64,000 nt of DNA, from NCBI RefSeq assembly GCF_009914755.1, contig NC_060933.1; one strand, given 5' to 3'. The DNA comes from the human T2T-CHM13v2.0 reference genome, Homo sapiens. Under the pieces are notes generated by a model that saw only the letters and a program-made list of their open reading frames with translations, made no database searches and was not told the DNA's origin. Positions 1-18,750 of the stretch are shown here, in pieces (position 1 is the stretch's first letter; every line of letters starts with the position of its first letter). Position numbers and translations under genes: made by a program.

Positions 1-2375
1 GAATCTGCAAGTAGACATTTGGAGCGCTTTGCAGCCTATGGTGGAAAAGGAAACATCTATACATGAAAACTAGACAGAAGCATTCTGACAAACTTCTTTG
101 TGATGTGTGCTTTCATATCACAGAGTTGAACATTTCTTTTGCTTGAGCAGTTTGGAAACACTCTTTTTATAGAACCCGCATGTGGACATTTGGAGTGCTT
201 TGAGGCCTACGGTGGAAAAGGAAACATCTTCATATGAAAACTAGACAGAAGCATTCTGACAGACTTTTTTTGATGTGAGAATTCACCTCACAGAGTTGAA
301 CCCTACCTTCGATTGAGCAGTTTTGAAACACTCTTTTTGTAGGATTTGCAATTGGACATTTGGAGTGCTTTGAGGACTATGGTGGAAAAGGAAATATCTG
401 CACATAAACACTAGACAGAATTATTCTGAGAATATTATTTGTGATGTGTACATTCATCTCACAGAGGTGAACCTTTCTTTTGATTGAGCAGTTTTGAAAC
501 ACTATTTTTGTGGGATCTGTAAGTGGACATTTGGAGCGTTTTGACGCCTATGCTGGAAAAGGAAATATCTTCACATAAAAACTGGACAGAAGCATTCTGA
601 GAAATTTCTTTGTGATGTGAGCATTCATCTCACAGAGTTGAAGCTTTCTTTTGATTGAACAGCTTTGAAACACTCTTTTTGTAGAATCTGCATGTGGAAA
701 TTTGGAGCATTTTGAGGCCTATTGTTGAAAAGGTAATATCTTCACATAATAACTAGACCCAAGCATTCTGAGAATCTTCTTTGTGATATGTGCATTTATC
801 TCACAGCGTTGAAATTTTCTTTTGATAGAGTGGTTTGGAAACTCTTTTTGTAGAATCTGCAAGGGGACATTTGGAGAGCTTTGAGTCCTGTGTTGGAAAA
901 GGAAATATCTACACTTAAGAACCTGACAGAAGAATTCTGAGAAACTTCTTTGTGAAATGTGCATTCATCTCACGGAGTTGAACCTTTCTTTTGATTGAGC
1001 AGTTTTGAAACACTCTTTCTGCAGGATCTGCAAGTGGACATTTGCAGCCCTTTGGGGCCTATGGTGGAAAAGGAAATATCTTCATATAAAGACTAGACAG
1101 AAGCATTCTGGCAAATTTCTTTGTGATGTGTGCATTCATCTCACTGAGGTGAACCTTTTTTTGATTGAGTAGTTTGGAAACTCTCTTTTTGTGGAATCCG
1201 GAAGTGGACATTTGGAGTGCTTTGGGACCAATGGTGGAAAAGGAAATATCTTCACTTAAGAACTAGACAGAAGCATTCTCAGAAACTTCTTTGTGATGTG
1301 TGCATTCATCTCACAGAGTTGAACCTTTCTTTTGATTGAGCAGTTTTGAAACACTCTTTTCGTAGAATCTGCAAGCGGACATTTGGAGCGCTTTGAGGCC
1401 TATGGTGGAAAAGGAAATATCTTCACAAAAAAACTAGACAGAAACATTCTGAAAAACCTCTTTGTGATGTGTGCATTCATCTCACAGGGTTGAAACTTAC
1501 TTTCGATTGAGCAATTTTTAAACACTCTTTTTGTAGTGTCTAGAATTGGACATTTGGAGTACTTAGAGTCCTATGGAGGAAAAGGAAATATCTTCATATA
1601 AAAACTAGAGAGAAGTGTTTTGAGAAACTCTTTGTGATGTGTGCATGCATTCATCTCACAGATTTGAACCTTTCTTTTGATTCAGCAGCTTTGAAACACT
1701 CTTTTTGTAGCATCTAGAATTGGACATTTGGAGCGCTTAGAGTCCTATGGTGGAAAAGGAAATATATTCACGTAAAAACTAGACAGAATCATTCAGAGAA
1801 AATTCTTTGTGATGTGTGCATTCATCTCACAGAGTTAAACCGTTATTTTGATGGAGCAGTTTGGAAAAACTTTTTTTGTACGATCTGGATGTTTACATTT
1901 GGAGCGTTTTGAGGCCTATGGTGTAAAAGGAAATATCTTCAAATAAAAACTAGACAGAAGCATTCTGAGAAACTTCTTTGTGATGGGTGCATTCATCTCA
2001 CAGAGTTGAACATTTCTTTTGATTCAGCAGCTTTGAAACACTCTTTTTGTAGAATATGCAAGAGGACATTTGGAGTGCTTTGAGGCCAATGGTGGGAAAG
2101 GAAATATCTTCACATAAAAACTAGACAGAAGCATTCTGAGAAACTTCTTTGTGACGTGTGCATTCATCTCAGAGTGTTGAACCTTTCTTTTGATTGAGCA
2201 GCTTTGAAACACTCTTTTTTTAGAATCTGCATGTGCAGATTTGGAGCGCTTTGAGGCCAATGGTGGAAAAGGAAATATCTTCACATAAAAATGATTCAGA
2301 AATATTCTGAGAAACTTCTTCCTGATGTGTGCATTCATGTCACAGAGTTGAACCTTTATTTCATTGAGCAGTTTT
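1..2375 (+). repeat. Alpha satellite, diverged monomeric (~171 bp units), no CENP-B box seen
   Basis: GGAAAAGGAAATATCTTCACATAAAAACTAGACAGAAGCATTCT and ACAGAGTTGAAC recur about every 171 bp. The box position reads CCTATGGTGGAAAAGGA (pJalpha-type), not YTTCGTTGGAARCGGGA. Confidence 0.97.
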
Positions 2376-4251
<1,876 letters not shown>

Positions 4252-4955
4252 CATTGAGCAGTTTTGAAAAGCTCTTTTTGTAATATCTGCAAGTGGACAT
4301 TTGGAGCGCTTTTTGGCCTATGGTGGAAAAGGAAGTATCTTCATTTAAGAACTAGATGGAAGCATTCTGTGAAACTGCTTTGTGATGTGTGCATTCCTCT
4401 CACAGAGCTGAAACTTTATTTTAATTTAGCAGTTTTGAGAACTCTCATTTTGTAGAATCTGCAAGTGGACATTTGGAGCACTTTGCGGCCTATGGTGGAG
4501 AAGGAAATATCTTCACATTAAAACTAGGCAGAAGCATTCTGACAAGCTTATTTGTCATTTATCTCATGGAGTTGCCATTTATCTCATGGAGTTGAACTTA
4601 ACTTTCGATAGAGCAGTTTTGAAACACTCCTTTTGTAGAATCTGCAAGTGGACATTTGGAGAGCTTTGAGGCCTGTGGTGGAAAAGGAAATATCTTCACA
4701 CAAAACTAGACAGAAGCAATCTGACAAAGTTTTTGTGATGTGTGCATTCATCTCGCAGAGTGGAACCTTAATTTCGATTGAGCAGTTTTGAAACACTCCT
4801 TTTGTAGAATCTGTAAGTGGACATTTGGAGCGCTTTGAGGCCTAAGGTGAAAAAGGAAATATCTTCCCATAAAAACTAGACAGAAGCATTCTCAGAAACT
4901 TGTTTACGATGTGTGTACTCAACTAACAGAGTTGAAACTTTCTTTTGATAGAGCA
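4252..4955 (+). repeat. Alpha satellite (about 4 monomers) ending abruptly at 4955
   Basis: Monomer register resumes exactly after the TSD. Contains a 20 bp tandem duplication of CATTTATCTCATGGAGTTG at 4556-4594. Confidence 0.96.
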
Positions 4956-5658
4956 AAACAGTAAATTGAAGTTTAAAATAATTGTAACAATTGCATCTTA
5001 TATATCAGGTGAGATTTCATAGTTTGGTTCAAGTAGTTTTCAAGTGACAAATTTTCAAGTTTTTAAGTTTTCAAGAGTTGTGCAAGTTCATCAGCCAGAA
5101 ATCAAGCAAAAGGCTAGATAAGTAGCAGCAGGTGCAGGATTCTTGATATTGAAACTTTTAGGACTTTTCTCCTTCAGGATTCCAATGTTGTACATTTTAT
5201 TTCCAGTATAACCCCTATGCATGGGATAAAGTAGTTTCACATGTTTGATTTTTCTAATTAGTTATTTGGGTTTCAAAATGTCCAGTTTATCAAAAAATCT
5301 TGTGCTGTGTACTGGGGACCATCTACTATAGCCTGATCATTGAATTTTTCAAGAACCTAAGGGGTTCCCTAAGTCCAAGGAAGACAATCAGTGTCTACAA
5401 GTCAGGAGGAGAAGGGGAAAGGGCATTCTAATCATTGCTTTGTTTTCATTGATTCTGTTGCTGCTTTCTTGCCATTGAAACTACTCTTGCAGTCTGGTAA
5501 TGATTAACCTTTGCCACCAGGATGCCCTTTCTGTTTGAGATCCCTCAATCTTCATGTTGATCCATAAAAAGGCTTCAAAGTTACAACTATTTTTTTTAGT
5601 TCCCAGACTAACAAAAATAATCTAGCTTTTTGTCTTGACTACCAACCACTCTGGATTT

Positions 5659-5954
5659 TTTTTTTTTTTTTTTGAGATGGAGTCTCGCCCTGTCACCCAG
5701 GCTAGAGTGCAGTGGCGTGATCTTGGCTCACATAACCTCCACCTCCCAGGTTCAAGCAATTCTCTTATCTCAGCCTCCGAAGTATCTGGGACTATAGGCA
5801 CACACCACCACGCCCGGCTAATTTTTGTATTTTCAGTAGAGATGGGGTTTCACCATGTTGGTCATGCTGCTCTTGAACTCCTGACCTCAGGTGATCCATC
5901 TGCCTTGGCCTCCCAAAGTGCTAGGATTACAGGCATGAGCCACCATGCCCGGCC
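5659..5954 (-). mobile_element. Alu (AluS-like), full length
   Basis: Poly-T followed by antisense Alu. TSD CCACTCTGGATTT at 5646-5658 and 5954-5966. Confidence 0.95.
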
Positions 5955-6151
5955 CACTCTGGATTTAAGGACAGTTCTTCCTTCAATCAGCAGCCAAAGA
6001 GTCCTGATTCCTGATTCTAATTAAGAAGTTTAACTTGGTATTCTATTTCTGATGGAAGGATGGCTGAAAGAAGGGAGACTCAAACAACAGATGAAGGCAA
6101 AATACTCTGTACTGAATTTTCAATGTAATCTTAAATTCTATGTTTAATTGA

Positions 6152-6373
<222 letters not shown>

Positions 6374-8118
6374 TAACTGCCTCATAAATACTGTTAATAT
6401 ATTGAAAGTTTTGCCCTAGGCTTTTATTAAAGTCAACTATATAGAAAAAGTTTCTCCTATCTTGAGATGTATTATTAAAGACATCATCCCCAATAATATT
6501 CCATATTCTCTGTTTAGGAACCCCAATTGTTTTCAAATTCAAGAATTCAGAGAAATCTACTTGTTACAAAAGAGTAGAATGGATAATGGGCACCACATCC
6601 TGAAGTGTATTTTAATAAAAATTCATGTAAGATGGTTCAAAATTTCATTAACTACTTTATATAAAAAGAAATGCCTGGGAGAATTCTGTTTCTAGCAGAG
6701 TGGCAGACTGATGCCTTGAACAACCCTCCTATTACAAAACTGAATACTCCACATGAAAACAAATCTTTTCAAATGCATTGTTAAGCTGTGAAGAGAATAA
6801 CGAAAGTTCTAAGAAACCAAAATCTAAATGAAAACACAAGTCCAGGCAGGCACTGAAAACCTAAAAAAAAAAAAAAAAACTGAAGAGGCCAATTGTTGGC
6901 AACCATGTGGAACAGCAGGAACTCTTCAAGCTGCTGCTGGTGGCGGAGGCCAAGCCACTGTGCTCCCAGAACACAACACAGAAGCCTCCACACTGAAGCA
7001 GAGCACAGGTGCCCTGGAGTCTCCACCCCACCCAGGGATCCTCCAGCAGAAGTGGGTGTGCCCCTGCATACCTGCAAGTCCCATATGCAGACCTACTGTT
7101 CAGGGCCGTGGGATAACAGCCAAAAATAGGAAATCATTTTACTCATCAATGGAAAAATGGTGACACAGTCATATAATGGAACTCAACAATGACGATAAAT
7201 CAATGTCTGCCATAGACAAGAACATGGATGTGTTCTGTAATACTGAACCAAAGAAGCCAGGCTAAATAGAATGTGCTGTATTTTATAGAAGTCAAAACCA
7301 GGCAGAACAAATCTACATCAGGAACTGGGAAAGTAGCTATTTTGTGGGTTGGGGCAGCAGTGCCTGGGAGAGGCCACAGGTCAAGGCTACTGCTTGGTCC
7401 AGGGCGTGGCAGCCTGGTGTGCTACAGTTCATCTAGATGCACACTTATGATTCGGGCACTCTTCTGTATGTACATTAACATTTCAATAAAAAGCTTATTA
7501 AAACATTAAAGCTTTCAGAAAAATCCACATTGCTTCAGTAGAAATTAGCACATTAACGTTTAAAAAATACATGTATATGGTGGGGGAAAAAAACAGTTCA
7601 AAAGAGTATCCAGTGAAAAGTTTAAGAGGGAGTGATGCCAGCTAAGGGCTGATCAATAGCCCCTTGCACTCATCCCCTGACAAAGACAGCCAAAGCAGCA
7701 AACAGCTATATTTTGATGAAAGTCACTAAAGGAGAGCCCCAGAGTGCATCAAGGAGTAGCAGAAATCCAGTAGAGCCCGGAAAACAGGACGGTCACATAA
7801 AGGAGGGAAGGAAACATCTGGCACCCACCACCCATTCCCCCAGAGGGATCAGCCTGAAGCAGAGGGGATGTCTCCCTGCAGGAATAAGGAAGCAAGAGGG
7901 GCCCAGTAGCCCCAGCACTCCCCTCAGAGAAGGAACTGACATTGTGCCCCACCCCCATGGACCAGCTGCTGCTGCAACGTGCCCTCCTGGACCTGGACCA
8001 CTTCGGGAGCATGTCCCACCCAGGGTGAGCAGCCACCGCACCCTTCTTCCATCCTCAGGCTTTGTTGCTCTATATCACACCCACCTAGTGGCCCACCACC
8101 CCCGAGCCGCTGTTACAC

Positions 8119-8550
8119 TGTCTTAGGCCATTTAGTGTGGCTGTAACAGAATACTTGAGACTCGGGGTAACTTATTTTATAAAAAAGGTTTATTTGGCTC
8201 ACCCTGCTTGTGTCTAAAAAGTCCGAGATCGGGCAGCACAACTGGTGAGGGTCTTGTGCTGCTTCATCTCATGGGGAAAGTGGAAGGCGAAACAGGTGTA
8301 TGCAAGGGGCTCACATGGCAAGAGAGGAAACACAAGAGTCTAGGAAGCTGAACTCACTCTGATAACAATCCACTCCTGGTAACTAATCCAGTCCCATGAA
8401 AAGGCATTAATCTATTCATAAAGGATCTGCCCTGTGACTCAAATAACTCCCACTAGGCCCCACCTCCCACACCACCACATTTGAAATCAAATTTCAAATG
8501 GATGAAATTTCAAATGGCTGGTGGGAACAAATGATGTCCACATCACAGCA
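8119..8550 (-). mobile_element. MaLR solo LTR (MST-like)
   Basis: TG...CA termini, typical MST text (TTTATTTGGCTCAC; CCACTAGGCCCCACCTCCCACAC) and 5 bp TSD TACAC at 8114-8118 and 8551-8555. Confidence 0.85.
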
Positions 8551-9213
8551 TACACCCCACCTGCGGGGCCACGCTGCTGTGCCCCTCCCCTCCCAGCTGC
8601 CATTGCGCCCTGCCCCTTGGAGCCTGAGCTGACTTGGTGCCCTGCTTTCCAGGGAATCAGTGTCTTGGCCAGTCTAAGCAGTCACACCCCCCACTGCATG
8701 AGAGCTGAAGCACTGCCCTGCTTCACAGGGAATCAGTGTCTTGGCTGAGCTGAGCAGCCACACCTGCCAGGGATGAGCCAACATGGCACCCCCATATCCC
8801 AGGAAAACGGCATTGGCTGAACTGGGGTACCTTGCCCTTCAGGACAAACAACTGTAGAACCCTGCTTCCTTGGAACTGGACTAGCCCTGGAGAATCTGAG
8901 TTGCCCAGGCACCTGCCTCCCCAGGGAGAGAAGTAGTTGCTGTACTGGTCCCTGCCCCCGAGGGCTCAAGCCACAGTAGTGCTCCACCATTCTGGGGTCC
9001 TTGCTGATGCTGTGCCTGGCCTTTCAGAGACTGAGATGCTGCTGTGTCCCACCACTGCAGGGTCCAGAGTCACTATCATGTCACTCCCATGTCCAGAGTC
9101 ACTCCCATCCCCTGGGAGTTTACTTCTTAAACTCTTCGCAAAAACAGAGTGAGAGGAAATAATTCCAAACACATTTTACCAGGCCAGTATCACCTTAATA
9201 CCTAAGCCAAACC

Positions 9214-9217
<4 letters not shown>

Positions 9218-9260
<43 letters not shown>
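9218..9260 (+). repeat. (CA)n microsatellite
   Basis: About 21 perfect CA units. Confidence 0.98.
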
Positions 9261-9261
<1 letters not shown>

Positions 9262-10192
9262 GAACAAAAACTACAGGTCAACTTCTCCAATAAATTAAAT
9301 ACTGATGCAAACATCCTAAAAAAATTTTAGCAAATAGAATTCAACAACACATCAAAAACATTATACATCGTGTTTAAGTGGGATTTATCCCTGGCATGCA
9401 AGGCTGGTTTAAAATATGTAAATCAATCAATGTGATACATCACATTAACAAAATGAAAGATAAAATGACATGGTCACCTCAATTGATGCAGTAAAAGCAT
9501 TTAACAAAGTTTAGCAACATTTCTTGATAAAACCTCTTAATAGTTTATGTATAGAAGGAAAGTTCCTCAACATAATAAACACCATTTATGAAAAACCCAC
9601 AGTCTAATCATAGTTAGTGGGGAACAACTAAAGCTTTTCCACTAAGATTGAGTACAAGATAGGGATGGCCAGCCTCATCACTTTTATTCAACAGAGTACT
9701 TGCAAGAGCAATCAGATGAGAAAAAAAAGGCAACTAAATTAAAGAAGTAAAATTATCTCTATTTGCAGATGACAAGATCCTTTACGTAAAAAACTCCAAA
9801 GAGTCCACAAAAAACTGTGAGAACTACTAAATCAATTCAGTTAAGCTGCAAGGTATAAACTCAACATATAAAAATCAGTTGCATTTCTGTATACAAATAA
9901 CCTAGCTGATGAAGCAATCAAGAAAATAATCTCATTTACGATAGCATCAAAGAAAAACAAAAACTTAGGAATAAATTTAACCAAGAAGGTGAGAGATGTG
10001 TACACTTAAAAACCATAAAACATTGATGAAAGAAATTTAGACATGAACAAATGAAAAGACATCCTATGTTTATGGATCAGAAGAATTAATATTGTTAAAA
10101 TGTTCACACTACCCAAAGCAAATATACAGATTTAACACAATCCTCCTCAAAGTTCTGATGACATTCTTCACAGAACAGAATAAAACAATCCT

Positions 10193-10517
<325 letters not shown>

Positions 10518-11707
10518 TCATATGGAACCACAAAAAACCCCAAACAGCCAACAGATCACTGTGAAAGAAAAAGTTGGAGGCATCACACCTCTTGATTTAA
10601 AATTGCATTACAAAGCTATAGTAATCAAAACAGTATGGTGCTGGCATAAAAACAAAAAAATAGACCAATGGAACGTAACAGAGACCTTTGAAATAAATCC
10701 AAACATATACTGTCAACTAATTTTTGACAAGGGCAAACAAGACAACACAATGGTAAAAAAGATAGTCTCTTCAATAATAGGATTTTCACATGCAAAAGAA
10801 TAAAATTGGACCCTGATCATACACCATACACAAAAATCAACTCAAAACAGATACAAGACCAAAGACCCAAATAAGACCTGAAACCATAAAACTCCTAGAA
10901 GAAAACATAGGGGGAAAGCCTCTTGACATTGGCCTTAGCAATAATTTTTTGGATATCGCACCACAAGCCAGGCTACAAATGTAAACATAAACAAGGAGGA
11001 CTGCATCAAACTAAAAAGCTTCTGCACAGCAAAGGAACAACCAACAAAATGAAAGGGGAACCTACAGACTGGAAGAAATATTTGCAAACCACATATCTGA
11101 TAAAGTGTTAATATCCAAAAATCAGTAAAGAACTCTTACAACTTAAGAGCAGAAAAACAACCCAGTTGAAAAATGGGCCAAATAGGAAATGACCAATAGG
11201 AAATGGGGAGATGTACATTAAAATAATACAAAGTAGCAGACATGTAGGATGAACAAGTTAGAGATCTAGTGTACATCATGAGGGCTATAGTTAATAAAAA
11301 TATATTGTCTTTGGGATTTTTGTTAAATAAGTAGATTTTAGCTGTTCCTGTCACACAAACAAAAATCTAACTATGTGAGATGGTAGCTATGTTAATTTGC
11401 TTCACTATAGTAACCAGTTTACTATCTATATGTATCCTTTAAGATCATGTTGTCAACCTCAAATATATAAAATAAAATTTATTTTAAAAAAGAAAAGTTT
11501 TCCTTCAATCCAGAAAGAACCACTATTACCATTTTTTGGTGTTCCATTCCAAAATATCCCACAAATATACAATTGTTCAATCAAATTTAACATTAGACTT
11601 TATACTTGAACATTCAAAGTATGTAAGAAATTATAGAAAAGTGTCTGTGTGACTCCCTGTCTGTAGAGCACAGGCTTCATCTCCACTAACACACACACGA
11701 CCAGTAC

Positions 11708-15275
<3,568 letters not shown>

Positions 15276-15425
15276 CTGTACATGATGGGGTGGGGGGGGG
15301 GGGGAACCTGTATGCTGTTATTTGTAATAAACATAGGATTAACATGAACAAATGAGCAATTTCTAAGTAAAGGAACTGTGGACAGAATTATGTAGGCTTT
15401 ATCCTATTAAAAATACTACACATTT

Positions 15426-15731
15426 GGCCGGGTACAGTGGCTCATGCCTGTAATCCAGCACTTTGGGAGGCCGAGGCGGGCAGATCACATGAGGTCAGGA
15501 GTTTGAAACCAGCCTCGCCAACATGGTGAAACCCTGTCTCTACTAAAAATACCAAAATCAGCTGGGCATGGTGGTGCGTGCCTGTAGTCCCAACTACTCA
15601 GGAGGCAGAGGTGAGAGAATCGCTTGAACCTGGGAGACGGAGGTTGCAGTGAGTCAAGATCGTGCCACTGCACTCCAGCCTGGGCAATAGAGCGAGATTC
15701 CATCTCAAAAAACAAAAAAAACAAAAAAAAC
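15426..15731 (+). mobile_element. Alu (AluS-like)
   Basis: Full dimer. TSD CTACACATTT at 15416-15425 and 15733-15742. Confidence 0.95.
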
Positions 15732-16059
15732 CCTACACATTTTACCTCTACAGTCTGTTCAGAATATGTCCCAACCATTTTCTTCTCTCCTGCTCCAAGG
15801 GACAGCAAATGTAGATAACTGTGGAGCCCTGCGTGCTCAAACATTGGAAACATCCCCAGTCCACACTTTCTTTCCTTCCTCTCCAAATAATTCTTTCACA
15901 CTTTTCCCTTGTCTTCAAACACCCACCACCACCCTCACCTTCACTCAGCTGATGGCTGTTTCCTGATTCACTCCAAAACCAAAAGAACCTCTACGGTCAA
16001 CCCTATACCAGGGTTTCCTCCCATATCCAGCCTTATCAGAGCTCTGACCTGCCCCATAG

Positions 16060-16235
16060 AGGAGCTATGTGTGGCTATTTAAATTAAAATTAATTACAAT
16101 TACATAATATTTAAAATGCAGTTCCTCAATCACACTAGTCACACTGGAAGTGGTCCATATCAACCTGTGGCCAGTGTTACAATATTGGGAAGCACAGATG
16201 TGCATCTCCATGATCACAGAAAGTTCTACGGGCAG
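16060..16235. mobile_element. hAT-Charlie MITE remnant (MER3/MER33-like)
   Basis: ATGTGTGGCTATTTAAATT...CAGTTCCTCAATCACACTAG...TCACAGAAAGTTCTA resembles the MER3/MER33 consensus as I recall it. Confidence 0.6.
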
Positions 16236-16259
16236 CTCAGGCACAGATGATTTGTCCAT

Positions 16260-17217
16260 GCCTCTACTCAGGGCCACACATCACTTGCTCACTAGACACC
16301 ATCCACTCTTCCTGGACTTTATTCCAACAGCTCTTCCCTCTGTTCTCTCTCTCATCTCAAAACCTTTTGATTCCACTTCTTCCACCAAAAACTGCTTCAT
16401 TTCTCTGCTTCTCTCTGCAGCAAAACCCCACAAAAGTTTTCCACAGTTGCAGCCTCCAGTTCCTCTGCTCCCATTCTCCTACATCCATGAAAATTGGTGC
16501 TTGCCAAGATCGCTGAAGGCCTCCACGCTGAAGGACTCCTCCGGTGGTCAACTCTGCCTTTACCATAGTTAACACTGCAGCGGGATCTGAACAGTGTTTC
16601 GCCTCCGTGTACAACTGGACTCCTGCGTGCCTGCAGGCTCACACTGCTTCTCCCTCTCCCTCCTAGGCACTGCTCAGGCCTCACGGCCGCAATCGCCCCA
16701 TCTCGCCCATGCCAGTCTTGCTCCTCCCAGTCACTCTGCACTCACTCCCCGGCCACCTCACAGAGTTAAGTGGCATCTACATGCTGAGGGCTGTACATCT
16801 AAGTCCCTGGCCAGACCTGTCTCTCCAGACTTGACACTCCGCTTGTCTGCATGATACCCAGCCGAAACAAACATCATCTTCCCAAAACTGCATCTGCAGA
16901 CAGTTTCCTATCTAACCTGCAACAACCCATCCTTCCAGGAACTTCCAGTCGCCATCCTCATTTCCTCACACACCCCACATTCAGTCCACCAGGAGATCCT
17001 ACTGACCCAGCTTCCAAATAAACTCTCTCCGGGTTTGACTCTTTGTCTCATCTCCACTGCTAGCCCTCTGGTTTGTGCCACCGGACTGATCTCTACCGGA
17101 CTGATGTCTTGGCAGAGTGATCTGATTACCTGAATGTCTCTCCTCTGCTCAAAACCCTCCAAGGACTCCCATTTCAGAGTGAAACATTCAGTCTCTTCCA
17201 ATGGCCCACAAGGCTCT
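16260..17217 (+). mobile_element. L2 LINE remnant
   Basis: Pyrimidine-rich L2-like text including CTGCTCAAAACCCTCCAAGGACTCCCATT...ATGGCCCACAAGGC. Confidence 0.65.
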
Positions 17218-17619
17218 AGGTAATTTTAAATTGTAAATGGTGTGAAGCAGAAACTTCAGAGTTAGCCTAGTCATGCCTTTCAAAGGTCAACACAGACTAG
17301 CAACCACTAAGCTAATGCCTAATCAGGAAACAGTCCTTTGACTAGATGAAGATCTAGGATGAAACTCCGTTTCACAAATCATATACCTAATCTGTTCCAG
17401 CTTACACAGGCACTCCTGGCCTCACTAACAAGACGCAACTCAGATGCTCACCATCAACTGTACACACATTTCTGTGTCTGTCTCCTTCAGAGTGAGATCA
17501 CCGCCTCCAGCAACCTGCTCAGCACCCCCAGGCAGGAGGGCCACACCATCTCCCTTTATCTCCGCATCTGACCTTATACTCCACATGTCCTTCTGAACTC
17601 TGACCAGGATGAGTTTTCA

Positions 17620-18255
17620 GAGCTGGGGAGTGGAGCCTGGGCCTGCGCCTCTCCGCGCCTGCGCCGCCGCTGTGCGCCTCTCCGCCGCTGTGCGCCTCTC
17701 CGCGGCTGTGCGCCTCTCCGCCGCTCTCCGCTCTCCGCCGCGCCGCCGCCGTCCGCCTCGCCGCCGCCGCCCGCCTCGCCGCCGCCGCCCGCCTCGCCGC
17801 CGCCGCCCGCCTCGCCGCCGCCGCCCGCCTCGCCGCCGCCGCGCCGCCGCCGCCCGCCTCGCCTCCGCCGCGCCGCCGCCGCCCGCCTCGCCTCCGCCGC
17901 GCCGCCGCCGACCGCCTCTCCGCCGCGCCGCCGCCGACCGCCTCTCCGCCGCCCCGCCGCCGACCGCCTCTCCGCCGCGCCGCCGCCGACCGCCTCTCCG
18001 CCGCGCCGCCGCCGACCGCCTCTCCGCCGCGCCGCCGCCGACCGCCTCTCCGCCGCTGTCCGCTTCTCCGCCACGCCGGCACCGGCGCTGTGTGCCTTTG
18101 CAAGGGCGGAGCTGCGTTCTCCTCGGCACAGACCCGGAGAGCATTGCGAGGGCGGAGCTGCGTTCTGCTCTGCATAGACCTTGGGGCACTGCCTCGCTTT
18201 GGGACAACTCGGGGCCGCATCGACGGTGAATAAAATCCTTCCTGTTTGCAGCCAT
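17620..18255. promoter_or_regulatory. TAR1 (telomere-associated repeat)-derived CpG island, candidate bidirectional promoter
   Basis: GGGCGGAGCTGCGTTCTCCTCGGCACAGACCCGGAGAGCA and GCCTGCGCCTCTCCGCGCCTGCGCC match the subtelomeric TAR1 repeats. Very high CpG density with GC boxes. Promoter activity is inferred. Confidence 0.75.
17667..18056. repeat. Mosaic CCG/CGG-rich VNTR (3x18, 5x18, 2x29, ~6x26 bp units)
   Basis: CCGCCTCGCCGCCGCCGC starts at 17753, 17771, 17789, 17807 and 17825. ACCGCCTCTCCGCCGCGCCGCCGCCG starts at 17911, 17937, 17963, 17989, 18015 and 18041. Confidence 0.95.
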
Positions 18256-18750
18256 GTTTGTGGTTGGTGGCAGCGATGGACACTGCAGCCAGCCAGTGTA
18301 GAAAGGCATTGGGGTAAGTGCGCCATCCAGGCTGCACTGCTGGTGGCCTGGGACGGGTTGGGAGCCCTATCTCAGGCGTCACTGCCCGTCTTGGGTGGCT
18401 GGTTGGGTGTGCTATCTGGGGCTGTGCTGCCTGCCCGGGGGCGGGGGGGGGGGCGGTTTGGGGGCTCAAACCGGGGCTGCACTGCCTTTGGCGGGGAGCC
18501 GGTTGGGGGCACTATCCCAGACTGTATTGCTGGCAACAGTGAGGTGGGTTAAGTGTGCTATCTGGGGCTGCACTGTGTGGCTGTGGGGGGGGGGTGGCGG
18601 TTTTGGGTTGAGGGCGCTATGGGCTGCTGTAATGCCCATGGTGCGGGGAGGCGGGGCGGTTAGGGTATGTTGGGTGTGCTATTGGGGGGGGGCGACACTG
18701 CTGGTGGTAGGGGGCAGGGTGGGTTGGGGGCCATATCAGGGGCTGCACTG
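18256..18750. repeat. REP522-like G-rich pericentromeric repeat, part 1
   Basis: Recurring GCTATC(N)GGGGCTGCACTG motif among G runs. Family name from memory. Confidence 0.6.

Noticed and set aside
18655-18670. GGTTAGGG as an interstitial telomere after TAR1
   Set aside because: A single hexamer in G-rich sequence, not an array.
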